DNA from: Sphyrna mokarran
Lineage: Eukaryota
Length of the DNA: 64,000 bases
Direction: 5' to 3'
NCBI GenBank assembly: GCA_024679065.1
Contig: JAGIQG010000019.1
Span: 35,278,001-35,342,000, forward strand
Part shown: in pieces, positions 48,496-60,622 of the stretch
How the letters are laid out: each line of letters begins with the position of its first letter
Numbering within the stretch: the stretch's first letter is position 1
The notes under the pieces: model-generated
Databases searched by the model: none
The model's input: the letters and a program-made list of their open reading frames with translations, nothing else
What the model was told of the DNA's origin: nothing
Made by a program: the position numbers and the translations under genes

Positions 48496-49793
48496 AACTC
48501 AGTAGTCTGGCAGCATTAGTGGACACTATAGAACCAAAGGAAGAGTGATCCTGACTTGAAACGTTGGTCTATTCTCGCTTCACAGGTACTGTCAAACCTG
48601 TTGAGATTTTCCAACATTTTCTGTTTTTGTTGTTTTTATATAGCATCTTTAACATAAGTACCATCCCAGGAGTGATCAAATTGACACCAAACAACGAGAT
48701 ATTGAGAGAGTAACAAAAGTTTGGCTTTAAAGAGCCCAAGCTCTGGACTATAAATCCTTACCACAACTCTCCACTTCTTGTCTCTCCATCTTAAACCTTT
48801 CTCTTTGAACAAGCTTTAAGGTCATCTCTCATATCTCCTCCGTATGTAGCTCAGTATTCATTCTTGTTTCTTTGTCATTTCTGTGAACTGCCTGGAGATT
48901 CATTACTAAGGATGCAACTTGTTGAACATGACTAGTATAAATATTATAAGCAGTGATCTCCTCAAAATTGAGTGGGGTAAATGTTATCCTTTACATAGCA
49001 TTAGTACAGCCTTCTCTCTCTCACCGCTACTGTGTGCAGCTATTTATATACCAATATTTGATACTACTTGGCAATTACAGTCCTACAATTTGACATTTTA
49101 AGTATCTAATTAACAAGCCACGATAAATCCTTTCCCTGCTGCACTGTAATCATATTTCCTCTTCACCAGTATGCAATCTGCTTACCTTTCTCTATATTAA
49201 ATGCCATCTACCATTCATCTACTCATTGCTAAGAGGTTGTCAATCTCATGCTGTTTTCCTGTAAGTCTTTGCATAATCTATGAACAGAAAATGTTTAAAA
49301 TTTCTTGGCACTTGTGTGTGTGTTTGTGGGGAGGAGGGATTGTTGAAATTAGGACTTTTTTAGGAGGGAAAACCAAAGTGAAAGACAAGGCGGGATGCTT
49401 GATATAAGGAGGTAGATGACAGCGGAGAGGCACAGGTAATCTATCCTGGATCACTCAACATTCACAGGGTCTGTTTGAAGGTTACGGATCAACCTAAGAA
49501 GACTTCATTACTTTTTGCGCTCACCCAAGCATCCAGATAATGTAACAATTGTTTTATTGTTACAGAGACCATCCTGATTCTGGCGTGGACCTTTTGCTTC
49601 AGATTTAAAAACTTAACCTGAAGCTAATGACCAAATGGACTACACCCCACACATTTGTCCTCTGCACACTTCTACTCGTTCTGCTTAAGCAAAGCTCCAA
49701 ACAACTGAGTTACAATGCTCAAAAGCAGCTCCTTGATGGGTAAAGAGGTGGTCCAGAGTAGAAGATATTAATTCTGCCCCTGGTCTGTCCCAA

Positions 49794-50119
49794 GTGGCGT
49801 GATGGCACAGTGGTTAATATTGCTGCCTTTCAGTGTCAGGTTCGATTCCCGGTTTAGATGACTGCAGAGGCTGCACATTCTCCCCGTGTCTACGTGGGTT
49901 TCCTCTGAGTGTTCCAATTTCGTCCCACAGTTCAAAAGATGTGCTGGTTAGGTGCATTGGCTATGCTAAATTCTCCCTCAGTATATCCAGGACACACTGA
50001 GGGAGAGTTTAGCATGGCTAATGCACCTAATGCTGGAGTGTGGTGACTAGGGAATTTTCACAATAATTTCATTACTGTGTTAATGTAAGCCTACTTGTGA
50101 CACTAATAAATAAACAAAC
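49794..50119 (+). mobile_element. V-SINE with alternative tail and an internal inverted duplication
   Basis: A box TGGCACAGTGG, B box GGTTCGATTCC; inverted arms 49948-49982 / 49996-50030. Confidence 0.85.
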
Positions 50120-50639
50120 ATATGAAAACTCTAAGCGAGGCTTTATGTGTATATTTGTAGAGATGTCTGTGTGTGTGTGTGTGTGGAGCAGTGAGCATTT
50201 ACATGCGAATGCTTACCTGATAAACATCAGATCATGCCAGGTTGCAAGGCCTACACAATCAAAGTCTTGGGTAGAAAGGTGAAGGTTCAGATGACTACTG
50301 CTGCCATGGACTACACCCAATGAGTGCCTTCAGGAAGGAAAACTGGTGGGGTGGGGAATGAGTTTGTAGGTTACCTGAGTTTTGTAGACCATGTAATCCT
50401 GATGAAATATTTAACTTTTATTCAGTTCACACTAAATATTTTTTAATTATAGGTAGAAGTTGTCCTTCTACTTAGGCAAGTGTCATGTTTACATTTATAT
50501 TGAGGTGCAGCTTATGATGCAGTACCCTGAGAGATTTATGTTGGATACAACCTATGCTGTGAGTTAATCACAATCTGTTAAGAGAACCTGGGCCAAAATT
50601 TGTTGGGGAGTATCCTCTGGGAGTATTTATTTGGTACCC

Positions 50640-50822
50640 TGGGAAGGTGCCAACATTTACCGGGGATCTCCTTTAGGAATGTGCCAATGTTTATGCAAGA
50701 TTTTCAGTCTGCCAACATTTGCTGCAGACCTCATTGAGAAGAGTGCCAATATTTACACAGGAATGCTGGGAGTTTGCCAATATTTGCCAAGGATCTCCTC
50801 TTGAAATGTGCCAATATTCACA
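50640..50822. repeat. Diverged array of TGCCAA(C/T)ATTT(A/G)C motifs
   Basis: Six copies at 50648, 50682, 50710, 50744, 50775 and 50809. Confidence 0.75.
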
Positions 50823-52330
50823 TGGTGTGGCTGACACAGAAATTTGGAATGTCGTTAAAGTGGAATTCAATTCTATTAATTTGAAATTAAATAATAAGTT
50901 AGAGACCCAAGGGTCCAGCTGATAATGAAAATACAAGTACAAATTGGCCATACAAAGCAGCAAAAGGTCCACTGATCTATGTTTATTACAGATGAAATCC
51001 TGCACTGACACTAACTGATCTCAGCAATAAAGTGATGGTCCTGATTTTTACCCAATAGTCCATGCGAGGATTGCGTGGATGGATTTTAGTTAAGGACAGA
51101 ATAAAGATTGGCTGTGGTGCTTCCCACTGGCAAACATTGCATTGGCACTCTGCCTATGCTCTCATTTAGGCAAGCAACCAGATTGTGGAGGTGCAGCTCA
51201 ACATGAGCCACTGCCCTCATGAGAGTGCGATGAAAGGGGAGGGAGAGAGGTGAAGGTGAAGGAATAACTGAAAAAGCTGACTCCTTTTTTTCCAGCAGAT
51301 GCAAAGCTTGAATGCAATCCTCTCCCAGAACACTCCTAGAAAACCTAATAACGTTCAAAATGACAATTCTACTTCACATGCTTTCCCCTCTGATGGGTTC
51401 CATGTTGTACTCCACTGCTGCTTGCTGTTACACTTTCTGATTTCCCTGTTTGAAATATGTGGGACCTTTGAGAGAATGGAAAGAGCAGTAAAGCCAACAG
51501 GGCTTTACCCTGCTACATGAATAAAACAAATCACACAGCATACTGCATCGCCATGTGACTTGCTGTTGCTCTGAACTATTACAGCAGCTGCTCTAACCCT
51601 CCAAAGGCTGAATTCTGTCAGTCTTACTGCCAAACTCTCATTACCATCAGAGGTTGTACGCTCTCCCCTATTCTGACTGGGGGAAGGTTACTGTTCAGTT
51701 CTGGTCAGTTGGCAAACAGGAATTCACCAGCTTGTGAATACAGATCGCTCCATCTTCAATCAGTTTATATCACTGTCTTGTATAATTACTTCTCTCAACT
51801 TTCCTGCCAGTTGTGAACCTTTGAAGTCTGGTACAACTCCTTCTTGGCTCAGTGAGACATTTCTATTCTAGACACGTGTTCCTTTTGCTTGTTTCACTGG
51901 TCACTCTCCTGAAGGAGTGAGCTCTCTCTGAAACATGTTGAGCTACAGCACTTTGCCAAGAGTCTTACTCAGTCACCACTCTATTTCAAATCTAGATAAT
52001 AAAAGTGTCAGCTTGCTATTTGCCAGTGGACACAGGCCAACAGAACCAAGTCAGAATTTGTTCTCTAAAATACAAGCACAGAACAATATCACTTGGCTCT
52101 CTGAGTCTCCATCAGCTCTGAAAGACCAATATCCAATTAGTCCTATTACTCACTCAAGTTATTTCCTTCAAGTATTGATTCCTTTTCAAACTTATTATTG
52201 AATTTGCTTCCACCATCCTTTCAGGCAGCACATTCTAGATTGCAACAATATGTTGCATTAAAAAATTGTCATCTCACCTTTTAGTTCTTTTGCCAAATAT
52301 TTTATATCTATGTTTTATTGTAGACTTCCT

Positions 52331-52712
52331 GGGAGGCAGTGATGTCGAAGTAATATTGCTGGACAAGTAAGCCAGAGGCTAAAGCTAAAATGCTGGGGGA
52401 CCATGGTTCAAACTCCATCATAGCAGCTGGTGGGATTTAAATTTGATTATTAAAATCTGGACTATAAAGGTAGTCTAAGTAATGGTGACCACAAAATTAT
52501 CATTGAATATTGTAAAAACCCATCTGATTCACTCATGTCTTTTAAGAGAGGAAATCTGCCATTTCTATCTGGTCTAGCCTACATGTGACTCAGACACACG
52601 GCAATGTAGCTGACTCTTAATTGTCGATTGAAATGACATAGTGAGCCTTTCGGTTCAAGGGTAATTAGGGATGAGAACAAATGCCGACTTTGTAACGGTT
52701 ACAACCCATGAG
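52331..52712 (+). mobile_element. tRNA-derived SINE (second family)
   Basis: GGCAGTGATGTCGAAGTAATATT..GGTTCAAACTCC..GGAAATCTGCC..GGGTAATTAGGGATG. Confidence 0.75.
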
Positions 52713-53139
52713 AACAAAACTATTATCAAAAATCTCTCTTAAATTAACTCTTTCAATGCTGATTCCAGTCTCTCTGCACAGTGTTCCTCATTCCTGGTAA
52801 TATTCAGGTGAATCCCTTCTGTACTCTCACAAATGTCCTGATGCCCTTCTCAAGTGTGAAACATAACCAAGAGTGGGAATGACAGGTTCAACTCCCTCAA
52901 TCCCCAACCAGGGGTACCCAAGTCATCTGTAACTCCATAACCACAGGCTCATGTTGAGACCAGTTAATTGAGCACAGGCCAGGAATGATGTTTGGGACCT
53001 TTTGTCTGTATTAGCTCAGTATCAAATTAAGTAATGCATTTAATAATTGGGCTATCAGAACACCATAGGCTGATATTTTTGTGTGTATAATTTTTAATTT
53101 CACTGTTATGTAAGGTTACTGCCAGGACAATAATAAAAA

Positions 53140-53760
53140 AAAGTTCATGGGATGTTGGCATCACTGGATAAACCAGCATTTATTGCCCATCCCTAATTGC
53201 CCTTGAGAAGATGTGGGTGAGCTGCCTTCTTGAATCCACACAGTCCATGTGGTGTAGGTGCATCCACAGTGCTGTTAGAAATGGAATTCCAGTACTGTTG
53301 ACCCAACAAATCCAAATCAGGTGTGGCTGGATGGGAACTTCCAAATGGTGGTGCTGCCATATATCTACTGCCCTGGTTCTTCTATATGTGAGCAGTCGTG
53401 GGTTTGGAAGGTACCGTCAAGCAACCAAGCTGAGTTCCTGCACTGCTTCTTATAGATGGTACACATTGTGTGCCAGTGGTGGAGGGAGTGAACGTTTGTG
53501 GATGTGGTGACTCGTCCTGGATGGTGTTGAGCTTATTGAGTGTTGCTGGAGTTACATTCCAGATAAGTGGCAAGTTTTCCATCACTCTCCTGCCTTGCAG
53601 ATAGTGAACTGGGTTTGGCAAGTTATTTGTCATAGGATTCTTTGCCTCTGATCTGCCTTTGTAACCATAATATTTGTACAGCTAATCCTATTCAGTTTCT
53701 AGTTAATGGTAATCCCCAGGATATTGATTGTAGGGATTTGGCAATGGTAATACCATTGGA
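53140..53760 (-). mobile_element. RTE-X-like LINE 3' fragment
   Basis: VMENLPLIWNVTPATLNKLNTIQD peptide and the shared 3' tail. Confidence 0.7.
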
Positions 53761-54279
53761 TGTTAACACATTTGGGGGGAACCAAATACCTACCAGTTAA
53801 CTTATTTAATAGCAATAAGCAATGAAATTAAACCTCAAATCACTTTAATTCATTAATTTGTTAGTTATACCATTTTATATTGCACTTACCAACAGTGCCA
53901 ATTTTATAAATGCTTTCTAAATCAACAACTAAATAGACAGGAAATTGTAAAGAATCTTGCATCCATCCATCCAATACCCAATTAAAAAGTCCAAGTTCTG
54001 CATTGCTTTTGTGTATATATCAAACCTAGCCATATCAGCCTCTGGGAAAATTAGATCCTTTGTATGACACATTCAGAGCTTGCCTCAGCCACCCATTCTC
54101 AGTAGGTGGGAGCAGTTAACTACCTGATAGGAAATGTGTCAAAATAGGAAAGCTATTGGAACAATGTACATCTCCAGGGTGGCAGTGAGGTCCTAGACAG
54201 AACACTGCTCCCAGAATACTTGACAAACTAGTGTCGCGGCAACAGGTAATTGAGGACACCAAAGTGACAAGGGGGTTGC

Positions 54280-55483
54280 ATGTTGCCAATGCTACTTTTA
54301 TTGAGACAGTAAGCATTAAATATAATGACAAGAGACAACATCAGATATGGAAAAGGGATGTGGAATGGAAAAAATCATGAACTGTTGTTGCAGAATTACA
54401 AATGAAAAGAATCACTTGCAATCAGATCACAAGCAAAATAGAGAGAGAGAGGCACACGGTTTCCTAATATAGATTCCTCTGCATCAGCTATCTGTATCCA
54501 CATGTCTTGCTCAAGGTAAGCGACTGACTGCTAAGCAGACTGTGCACAAACATTAGACAGTACTCTTGTCGGCATTTTGGATCAGATCTATAAATGGTCC
54601 AAGCTTGAGCAGACACAGGACTCCAACACTTAGCAGTTTGGTTAAATATATAATTAAGACATTATAAAGATTAACTCGGATATCTCCATTTCTCATTCTG
54701 TTTTGGTTAATCAACTTCTGTGGTGGGGACCAGGGCAGGGAGGCCCACGTACAACAAAATCTTAAACCTGCTTTCATAAACGAGCACCGAGTTACACAGG
54801 GGGAATCGTTCCCCTTTGTCAGAACACAACAGGAAAAGAAAACATCAAAAAAGTGATGCAATACATAGGGTTCTGAAATTTGGAAACATTTGTAAGTGTC
54901 ACTGGCAATTCCCCTTTAAGACTCCATCTGTCCCGACCTGGAACATCTGCTCCTGAGTTTTTCCTTGAACAGGCTTGCTTTAATTATCTGTCGATCAGAT
55001 GCTGGGCTGTCAGGTGCGACTATGCTGTCAGCAGCCTCTGAGTTACTGGATCCCATTCGAGATCAACTTGGTTCCTTGTCTTACGTGATTGTGAACTAAA
55101 CATTTCTCAAAGTACATATATTTCTTTAAAAACCAACATGAATGAAAAAAGTCACCAAATTAAGAATGTTGATTTATTCTGCATTTCAGAAGGAATTTAA
55201 AGTAGGGAAATAAAGAGAATTTCAGGTCAAAGCAGGCAAGTAGTTTCCAGTTCATTTCACAAATTAACATCATTGTCCAATCATGATTAGTATCTCAGCC
55301 CCTGGCACTGCCAACTGCTTATCTGAAGGTGCAGAGGGCGAATGCAATGAGACTCTGAAAGGCTGAAGGGAGGAAACAGAGAAAGTAGTACCAGAAGTCT
55401 CTCTTTTTGTGGACAGGGAGGGCAGTGAGAGAGCGGAGGGGCAGAGGGAGGTTAGCGTGTCGCCATTATCACGTCTGGAACCT
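54280..55483 (-). other. SND1: SND1 3'UTR (extent inferred) with candidate poly(A) signals
   Basis: Repeat-free sequence after the stop codon; minus-strand AATAAA at 55173-55178 and 54297-54302. Confidence 0.6.
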
Positions 55484-55549
55484 TTAGCGTCTGTAGCCAA
55501 ACTCATCAGCATCATCAGCACGGAAATCGCCATAACGCCAGAGATTCAG
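55484..55549 (-). CDS. SND1: SND1 terminal exon, coding part, [21 protein letters not shown]
   Basis: Acceptor gctgactctgctgtctttccttttTAG; in frame with the 45-nt exon across a 504-nt intron; TAA at 55486-55484. Matches the recalled SND1 C-terminus [21 protein letters not shown]. Confidence 0.93.
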   Translation of the reverse strand: [21 protein letters not shown]

Positions 55550-56053
55550 CTAAAAAGGAAAGACAGCAGAGTCAGCACAATAACAAGTGCAGTCGGTAAA
55601 ACAGGGCCGGTGATTTAGCATCAATGCACCACACGAAAGAACAGCAGGCAAAAAAAAGAGGGAGCAGAGAACAAAAAGATAGATTCGAGGAAAATGAGGA
55701 AGGGGATAGTGAGAGGAAGGGAGAAATCAGTGAGAGGAAGGGGACAACAGCAGAGAGAGAGAGAGAGAGAGAAAGAGGGAATAAGGAGTGATAGTGTGAG
55801 AGGGAGGGACACCATGATAAGGGAGGAACATAGTGAAAAGGGGAGGACAAAAGAAACATGGTGAAAGAGGATACGAGGGGGGTCAGTGAAAGGAGGGCAC
55901 AGAGGGAGGTGAGAGGGTCAGCGATTGAGAGAAAACCTGATGAGATAAAGCTAGAGAATGAAAGAGCATGCACAAGTGTGTGTGTGTAAGAGAGAGAGAG
56001 AGAAAATGAAAAAAAGGGGGAGAAGAGTCATCCTGACTCCATATATGTCTCAC

Positions 56054-56098
56054 CCGAGCAGATTTGGCAGCCTCTTGAGCATTCAGGTATTCGGTAAT
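56054..56098 (-). CDS. SND1: SND1 (Tudor-SN) penultimate coding exon, 45 nt, ITEYLNAQEAAKSAR
   Basis: On the minus strand: branch-like GCTGAC, then ttttcttttccAG acceptor, phase 0/0, donor CGG|gtgaga. The peptide matches the recalled vertebrate SND1 sequence ITEYLNAQESAKSAR with one substitution. Confidence 0.93.
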
Positions 56099-56239
56099 CT
56101 GGAAAAGAAAAGTCAGCATTTAGTTCAATTTTATAAGAGTTAAAAGCCATGTGACCAGAATCATCACTGCTGATCAGATTGGCTCTGATAGTTCATACCC
56201 TCTGCAAGTCTTGTACACATAGTAAGGCTGATGTTTTAT

Positions 56240-56510
56240 GACTGGGGAAGTGCTGACCTACTGGACGTCTTTTTGGGCAAGATGTTAAATTGAAATGTAA
56301 TTTTCTTGTTCAAGTGAACATAAAAAAGGAGGGGCCAGAATTTTCCTGTTCTGTCTGCCATGGGAATTATAGCAGGCAGAGGATTGGCCCATGAAAAGGT
56401 CCACTGACTGATTCTCCAGTTTTGAGGCAAGGGTGGCCGGAGAATCTCGCCAAATTCTCCTGGTCAACCAATGACGCCTAAATACAGAATTAACTGGTCA
56501 TTTGTCTCTT
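56240..56510 (+). mobile_element. Deu-SINE remnant with an inserted MITE (56332-56451)
   Basis: ACTGGGGAAGTGCTG..GATGTTAAA..TCAAGTGAACATAAAA; the MITE is homologous to 40017-40142. Confidence 0.55.
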
Positions 56511-57857
56511 CAGTTGAAGTTTTTAGTTAAAAATAACATACACGAGTTGCTGAGAGTATCACCTGATGTAATACTAAAGAAGGTAGACTAGCTGGTCTTG
56601 GATTTGCTTCCTGTTATTTACCAAATCAACTTATTGTGTAAGGGACAGAAACATGGGCCCTGATTCTCTTGTCACTTATCCCCTGTCCTTTGCGTATCTT
56701 GTCAAATATAAACTGGATGTCAGAATTCCCTAAATAAAAACATTTTGACTATGTAAATATTTCAGCGCTTAACTGTATTTCTGTGAAGTTGTAACTGGCA
56801 TTCTATAAATACAAGGTTGTTTCTATTTATAACTTTTACAAAAACACACTTGGACTAGAAAGTGAGATAAGTGTCTAATAAGTAATATAAAACAGCATCA
56901 ACTTCAAATCCAGTCACATTAACAAGGAATGCAAGTGAGCAACTGTACTTCTTCCGGGAAAAGAGTATACTAAGGGCATGCTTGGGAAAGAGTGCCTTTA
57001 TCTCTGAATTTCTATTCATCTTTGTCCAGATTATCAATGCCACTTCCTTACAATTAGTCTTGTATCATTGCCAAGAGTTGTCAGTAGGCAGAACATTTTC
57101 CCCTCTGTATGCAATTACACATTTAATTCGCAGCTTGTCTTTGATTTGCAGAGTGTTTTAAAATACCTATGTTTTGCACCTCTCCGAATGCCTAACAGTG
57201 AAGGAAGTTTTCAGCAGATTAAGAAGATTAAAAGGGGAAGAACATAAGCATTTTACAACAGTGTGGATTCATATTAAAACACTGATTAGTAGAATCCCTG
57301 GCCCAGAGGTTAACATTTCAGGATACTGAACCACACAAATTGCTTTTCCCTAGCTCTATGAATACATTCTGGATTTTGTGGTAGAATGCTTCTGTGCGAT
57401 TAAATACAGTGTAACCTCTGAATTTTGTATGAGTCTTTTCATCAGTGAGTTACACTTGTTCATCATTGCATGCGATAATCAGTAAATCAGTGCTTCAGAA
57501 AAGGTTAGACTTACATAAATGCACCCTACTCGAACTACATCCCTTTGCCTGAACCACTCAGTTGTTCAATTGCCTGGTAACCAAGCTCATTAGCAATGTT
57601 TAAAAGTAAGGCCATATGGCGATGGCTCAGTGAAATCGCAGTCCCCCACACCTTCTCAAAGGTCATGGTTATGATTTTCCAAATGCTTTACTTTGTACTC
57701 CAGATTGGAAACAAAAACCCCGGTGCATCCGCTACCTTGAAAACGAGATCTACCTCTAATGCCCAATAAACAGAGCCTTTCTTCCTCACACTAGACACGC
57801 AAGAAAGGAGGGACTGGGGAATCCAATTGATCCCACTCAGCCAATGATTGAAGTTAA

Positions 57858-58052
57858 AAGCAAAATATTGTGGCTGCCGGAATCTGAAATAAAGATAGAA
57901 AATGCTGGAAAATCTCAGCAGGTCTGACAGCATCTGTGGGGGGAAAACAGGATCAACATTTTGAGTCTGGATGATGAAAGGTCATCTATTCTCGAAATGC
58001 TGACTCTATTCTTTTCCCACAGGTACAGGCAGACTTGCTGAGATTTTCCAGC
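57858..58052. mobile_element. Palindromic Penelope pLTR-derived element (family B)
   Basis: GCTGGAAAATCTCAGCA / TGCTGAGATTTTCCAGC arms; central TGATGAAAGGTCATC..CGAAA. Confidence 0.7.
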
Positions 58053-58429
58053 AATGATTAATGTTGTCTGGGCAGTGTCCAAAGCAGCCGATCTGGTGCT
58101 CAGACCATCCTAATTGACAGGCTATTTGCCCAGTGATTGCTGTTCTGGTAGTGATACCAGGGTTGTGAGAGGGAGGGGCATGGGTGAGAGGGAGGGGCCC
58201 TGATGCTTTGTACCTTGTGCACCTCCTCTCTCTGGCCTTGATTTCAGGTAGAATGACGGTGAATGCCAAAACTGGCCAGCTGTTCCTAGGATAAAGAAGG
58301 GTATCACAATCCAGTAACATATACTGAACTGATCTCTATTTTAAGTGGAATGCTGGTGACGTTGGAAAGTTCGCATTTTGGTGATGGTGGTGGACTTTCT
58401 TGAACAAATGTTTTTACAATTGAGTGGCT

Positions 58430-59020
58430 TATAAGACCAGTTAACAGTCGACCACATAGTATTATTCTTTGGTTTCACATTGTTGCCAATGACCGACATT
58501 TACTGCGTATCTGTTGACGTTCAATTTGATCAAGGCAATGCTGGCGTTAGTGGGGGCATTGTAAGTCATCATTTGTTGATATAAGGGCTACTGTTGCATG
58601 CTCCTTCCTGCAATGGCATTTTACAATGGCATTCTGAAGGCACCTATTCAAATTTCTGTGGAAATTTTGCCACTAAGTGCTTTAATCACATGCAGAGTGT
58701 TCCTAGTTGCTGAAGTCAATTTGACGTGAAAGGACATTTTTCTTGCATGAATGCTCGTGTCTTAGTTTTGGCTGTTGAACAGTCTCCTGGCACAAGCAAA
58801 CTCTTCATTATTTGGCAACGACCTTCCATTCTATTGACCCGGCTTGGCTATTGTAGCTGACATCACTGAACATTGCTGTGATTTCAATTCAGTGTTATTT
58901 AGTTGTAGTGCTGCTTTGGACTGATCACCTTGAGTCACTGTCAATGGTTTTTGTATGTTGATTTTGATCCCAAATTCCACTGCAGCGATTGAGAATATGT
59001 TCAGAATTGACCACAAAATG
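58430..59020 (-). mobile_element. Ancient RTE-like RT remnant
   Basis: ILNIFSIAAVEFGIKINIQK..NNTELK peptide. Confidence 0.45.
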
Positions 59021-59588
59021 GAGCACAAAAATAATCAACAAATAGGAGTTTAGATATAAGAAACGAAGATCATAGTTTCGATATAGAATTACATGCAGGC
59101 TACATTGGTAGTGAATAACATTCCTGCAGCAGACTGGTTCTTTTCTTCTGGTGCTAACTCAGAAATAAGCAGAATTCAATATTACCAATCTGGAACTGGT
59201 GGATATAGTTGTCAGTTAGATCAGGATAGAGATAAACTTCTGATTTCCCCCATTGTTACTTGTGAATCAGTGGTTGCACTCTCAAATCTGAATGATAACG
59301 TTGTGAATTCAAGTTTCCCCCAGAGACTCGAGTACAAAATCTAGGAGTCCCAGTGCAGTACCAGGGCAATGCAGCACTGTCTTTCCAATGAAATGTTAAA
59401 TCATTTTTCCTATTAGGTCATTAGGAGGCTGCCGGTAGTTGTAGTTTTCTCTGTCTCTATAAATTGGTACAGAGAGGAAACCCGATACTCTACACAGGTA
59501 GAGTATCCCACCCTCCCCCCTCCTCTAACCTAACAATAAAAGTGTGTGGGAAGTTTTTTTCTCTCTCCTGGAAATTAAAGTATCAGGG

Positions 59589-60513
59589 ATGGCAGTGCAG
59601 GCAGTACGTTGCACCTCCTGCGGTATGTACGAGGTGAGGGACACCAGTAGTGTTCCTGCTGATTACACCTGCAGGAAGTGTGCACATTTGCAGCTCCTTG
59701 AGGATCGTGTTAAGGAGCTGGAGCTGGAATTACAGGAACTCAGGGTAATTCGAGAGGTTGAGGAGGATATTGGCAGGAGTAACAAAGAGATAATCACTCC
59801 TAAAAGTGATTCTTGGGTAACTATTAGGAGGAGGGGTAAGAAGCAATCTGATAGACAATCCCCTGGGGCTGTTCCCCTCCAAAACAAATTTTCTGTCTTG
59901 GAGGCTACAATTGAGGAAGAATCAACTGGAGATGACCAAAGGGAGCAGGTCTCTGGGGGTGAGCCTGCTGAGAATGCTCAGGTGGGTAGGGGGAATAAGA
60001 GATTGGGCCTAGTAATTGGAGACTCCATAGTTAGAGGGACAGATAGGAGTGTAAGTAGTAATAAAAGTGACTCAGGGCTGGTGTGTTGCCTCCCAAGGGG
60101 CTGGGGTCCAGGATGTCGCAGATCGGGTTTTTAAGATTCTTAAGGGAGAGGGGAGTCAACCCCAAGTCATAGTTCATGTAGGGACACATGATATAGGAAG
60201 GACGAGGGAAGGGGATATGAAACAGAAATTTATGGAGTTGGGGTGGAAGCTTAGGGCCAAAACTGGCAGAGTGGTTATTTCTGGACTCTTGCCTGTGCCA
60301 AGGGATAGTTTAGAGAAGAATAGAGAGAGGGAATGTTTGAACTCGTGGCTGCGGGGATGGTGCAAGAGGGAGGGGTTCAGGTTCCTGAACAATTGGGACT
60401 CATTCTGGGATAGGTGGGACCTCTACAAGAGAGATGGTCTACACCTGAACCAGAGGGGAAATAATATCTTGGGGGGAAAATTTGCTAAGGCTATGCAGGG
60501 GGCTTTAAACTGA
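59589..60513 (+). pseudogene. CR1 ORF1 (zinc finger/leucine zipper + SGNH esterase), frameshifted near 60095
   Basis: CTSC..CRKC followed by LEDRVKELELEL heptads; SGNH blocks VIGDSIVRG, HVGTHD and DGLHLN, split over two frames. Confidence 0.9.
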
Positions 60514-60622
60514 TTCGGGGGGGGGTGGGATCCTAAAAAGTTGGGGTGCTAAGAGGGATGAGAGTAAGGGGGTCATAGAGGAAAGCTGTAAAACACAGCA
60601 GCATACGGGTGGGGTAGGGCAT

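Noticed and set aside
49511-49530. CTTTTTGCG resembling the start of miR-129-5p
   Set aside because: The match stops after 9 nt, there is no 3p arm or hairpin, and it is on the wrong strand relative to synteny.
49794-49860. tRNA-like A/B boxes (also at ~14220-14280, ~17720-17787, ~23170-23225)
   Set aside because: These are SINE heads followed by a V-SINE core, not cloverleaf tRNA genes.
50640-50822. CRISPR-like repeat/spacer appearance
   Set aside because: Vertebrate DNA; the motif is only ~13 bp and degenerate, the spacers are mutually related, and there are no cas genes.
1-54280. Leptin exons expected from synteny
   Set aside because: No signal-peptide exon or helical-cytokine terminal exon with the conserved Cys pair was recognised; a highly diverged copy cannot be fully excluded by eye.
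57736-57790. Reading VRKKGSVYWALEVDLVFK as the constitutive SND1 exon before ITEYL
   Set aside because: The real upstream exon should end ...EVRKEKQFQKV and is longer; it probably lies beyond 64000.
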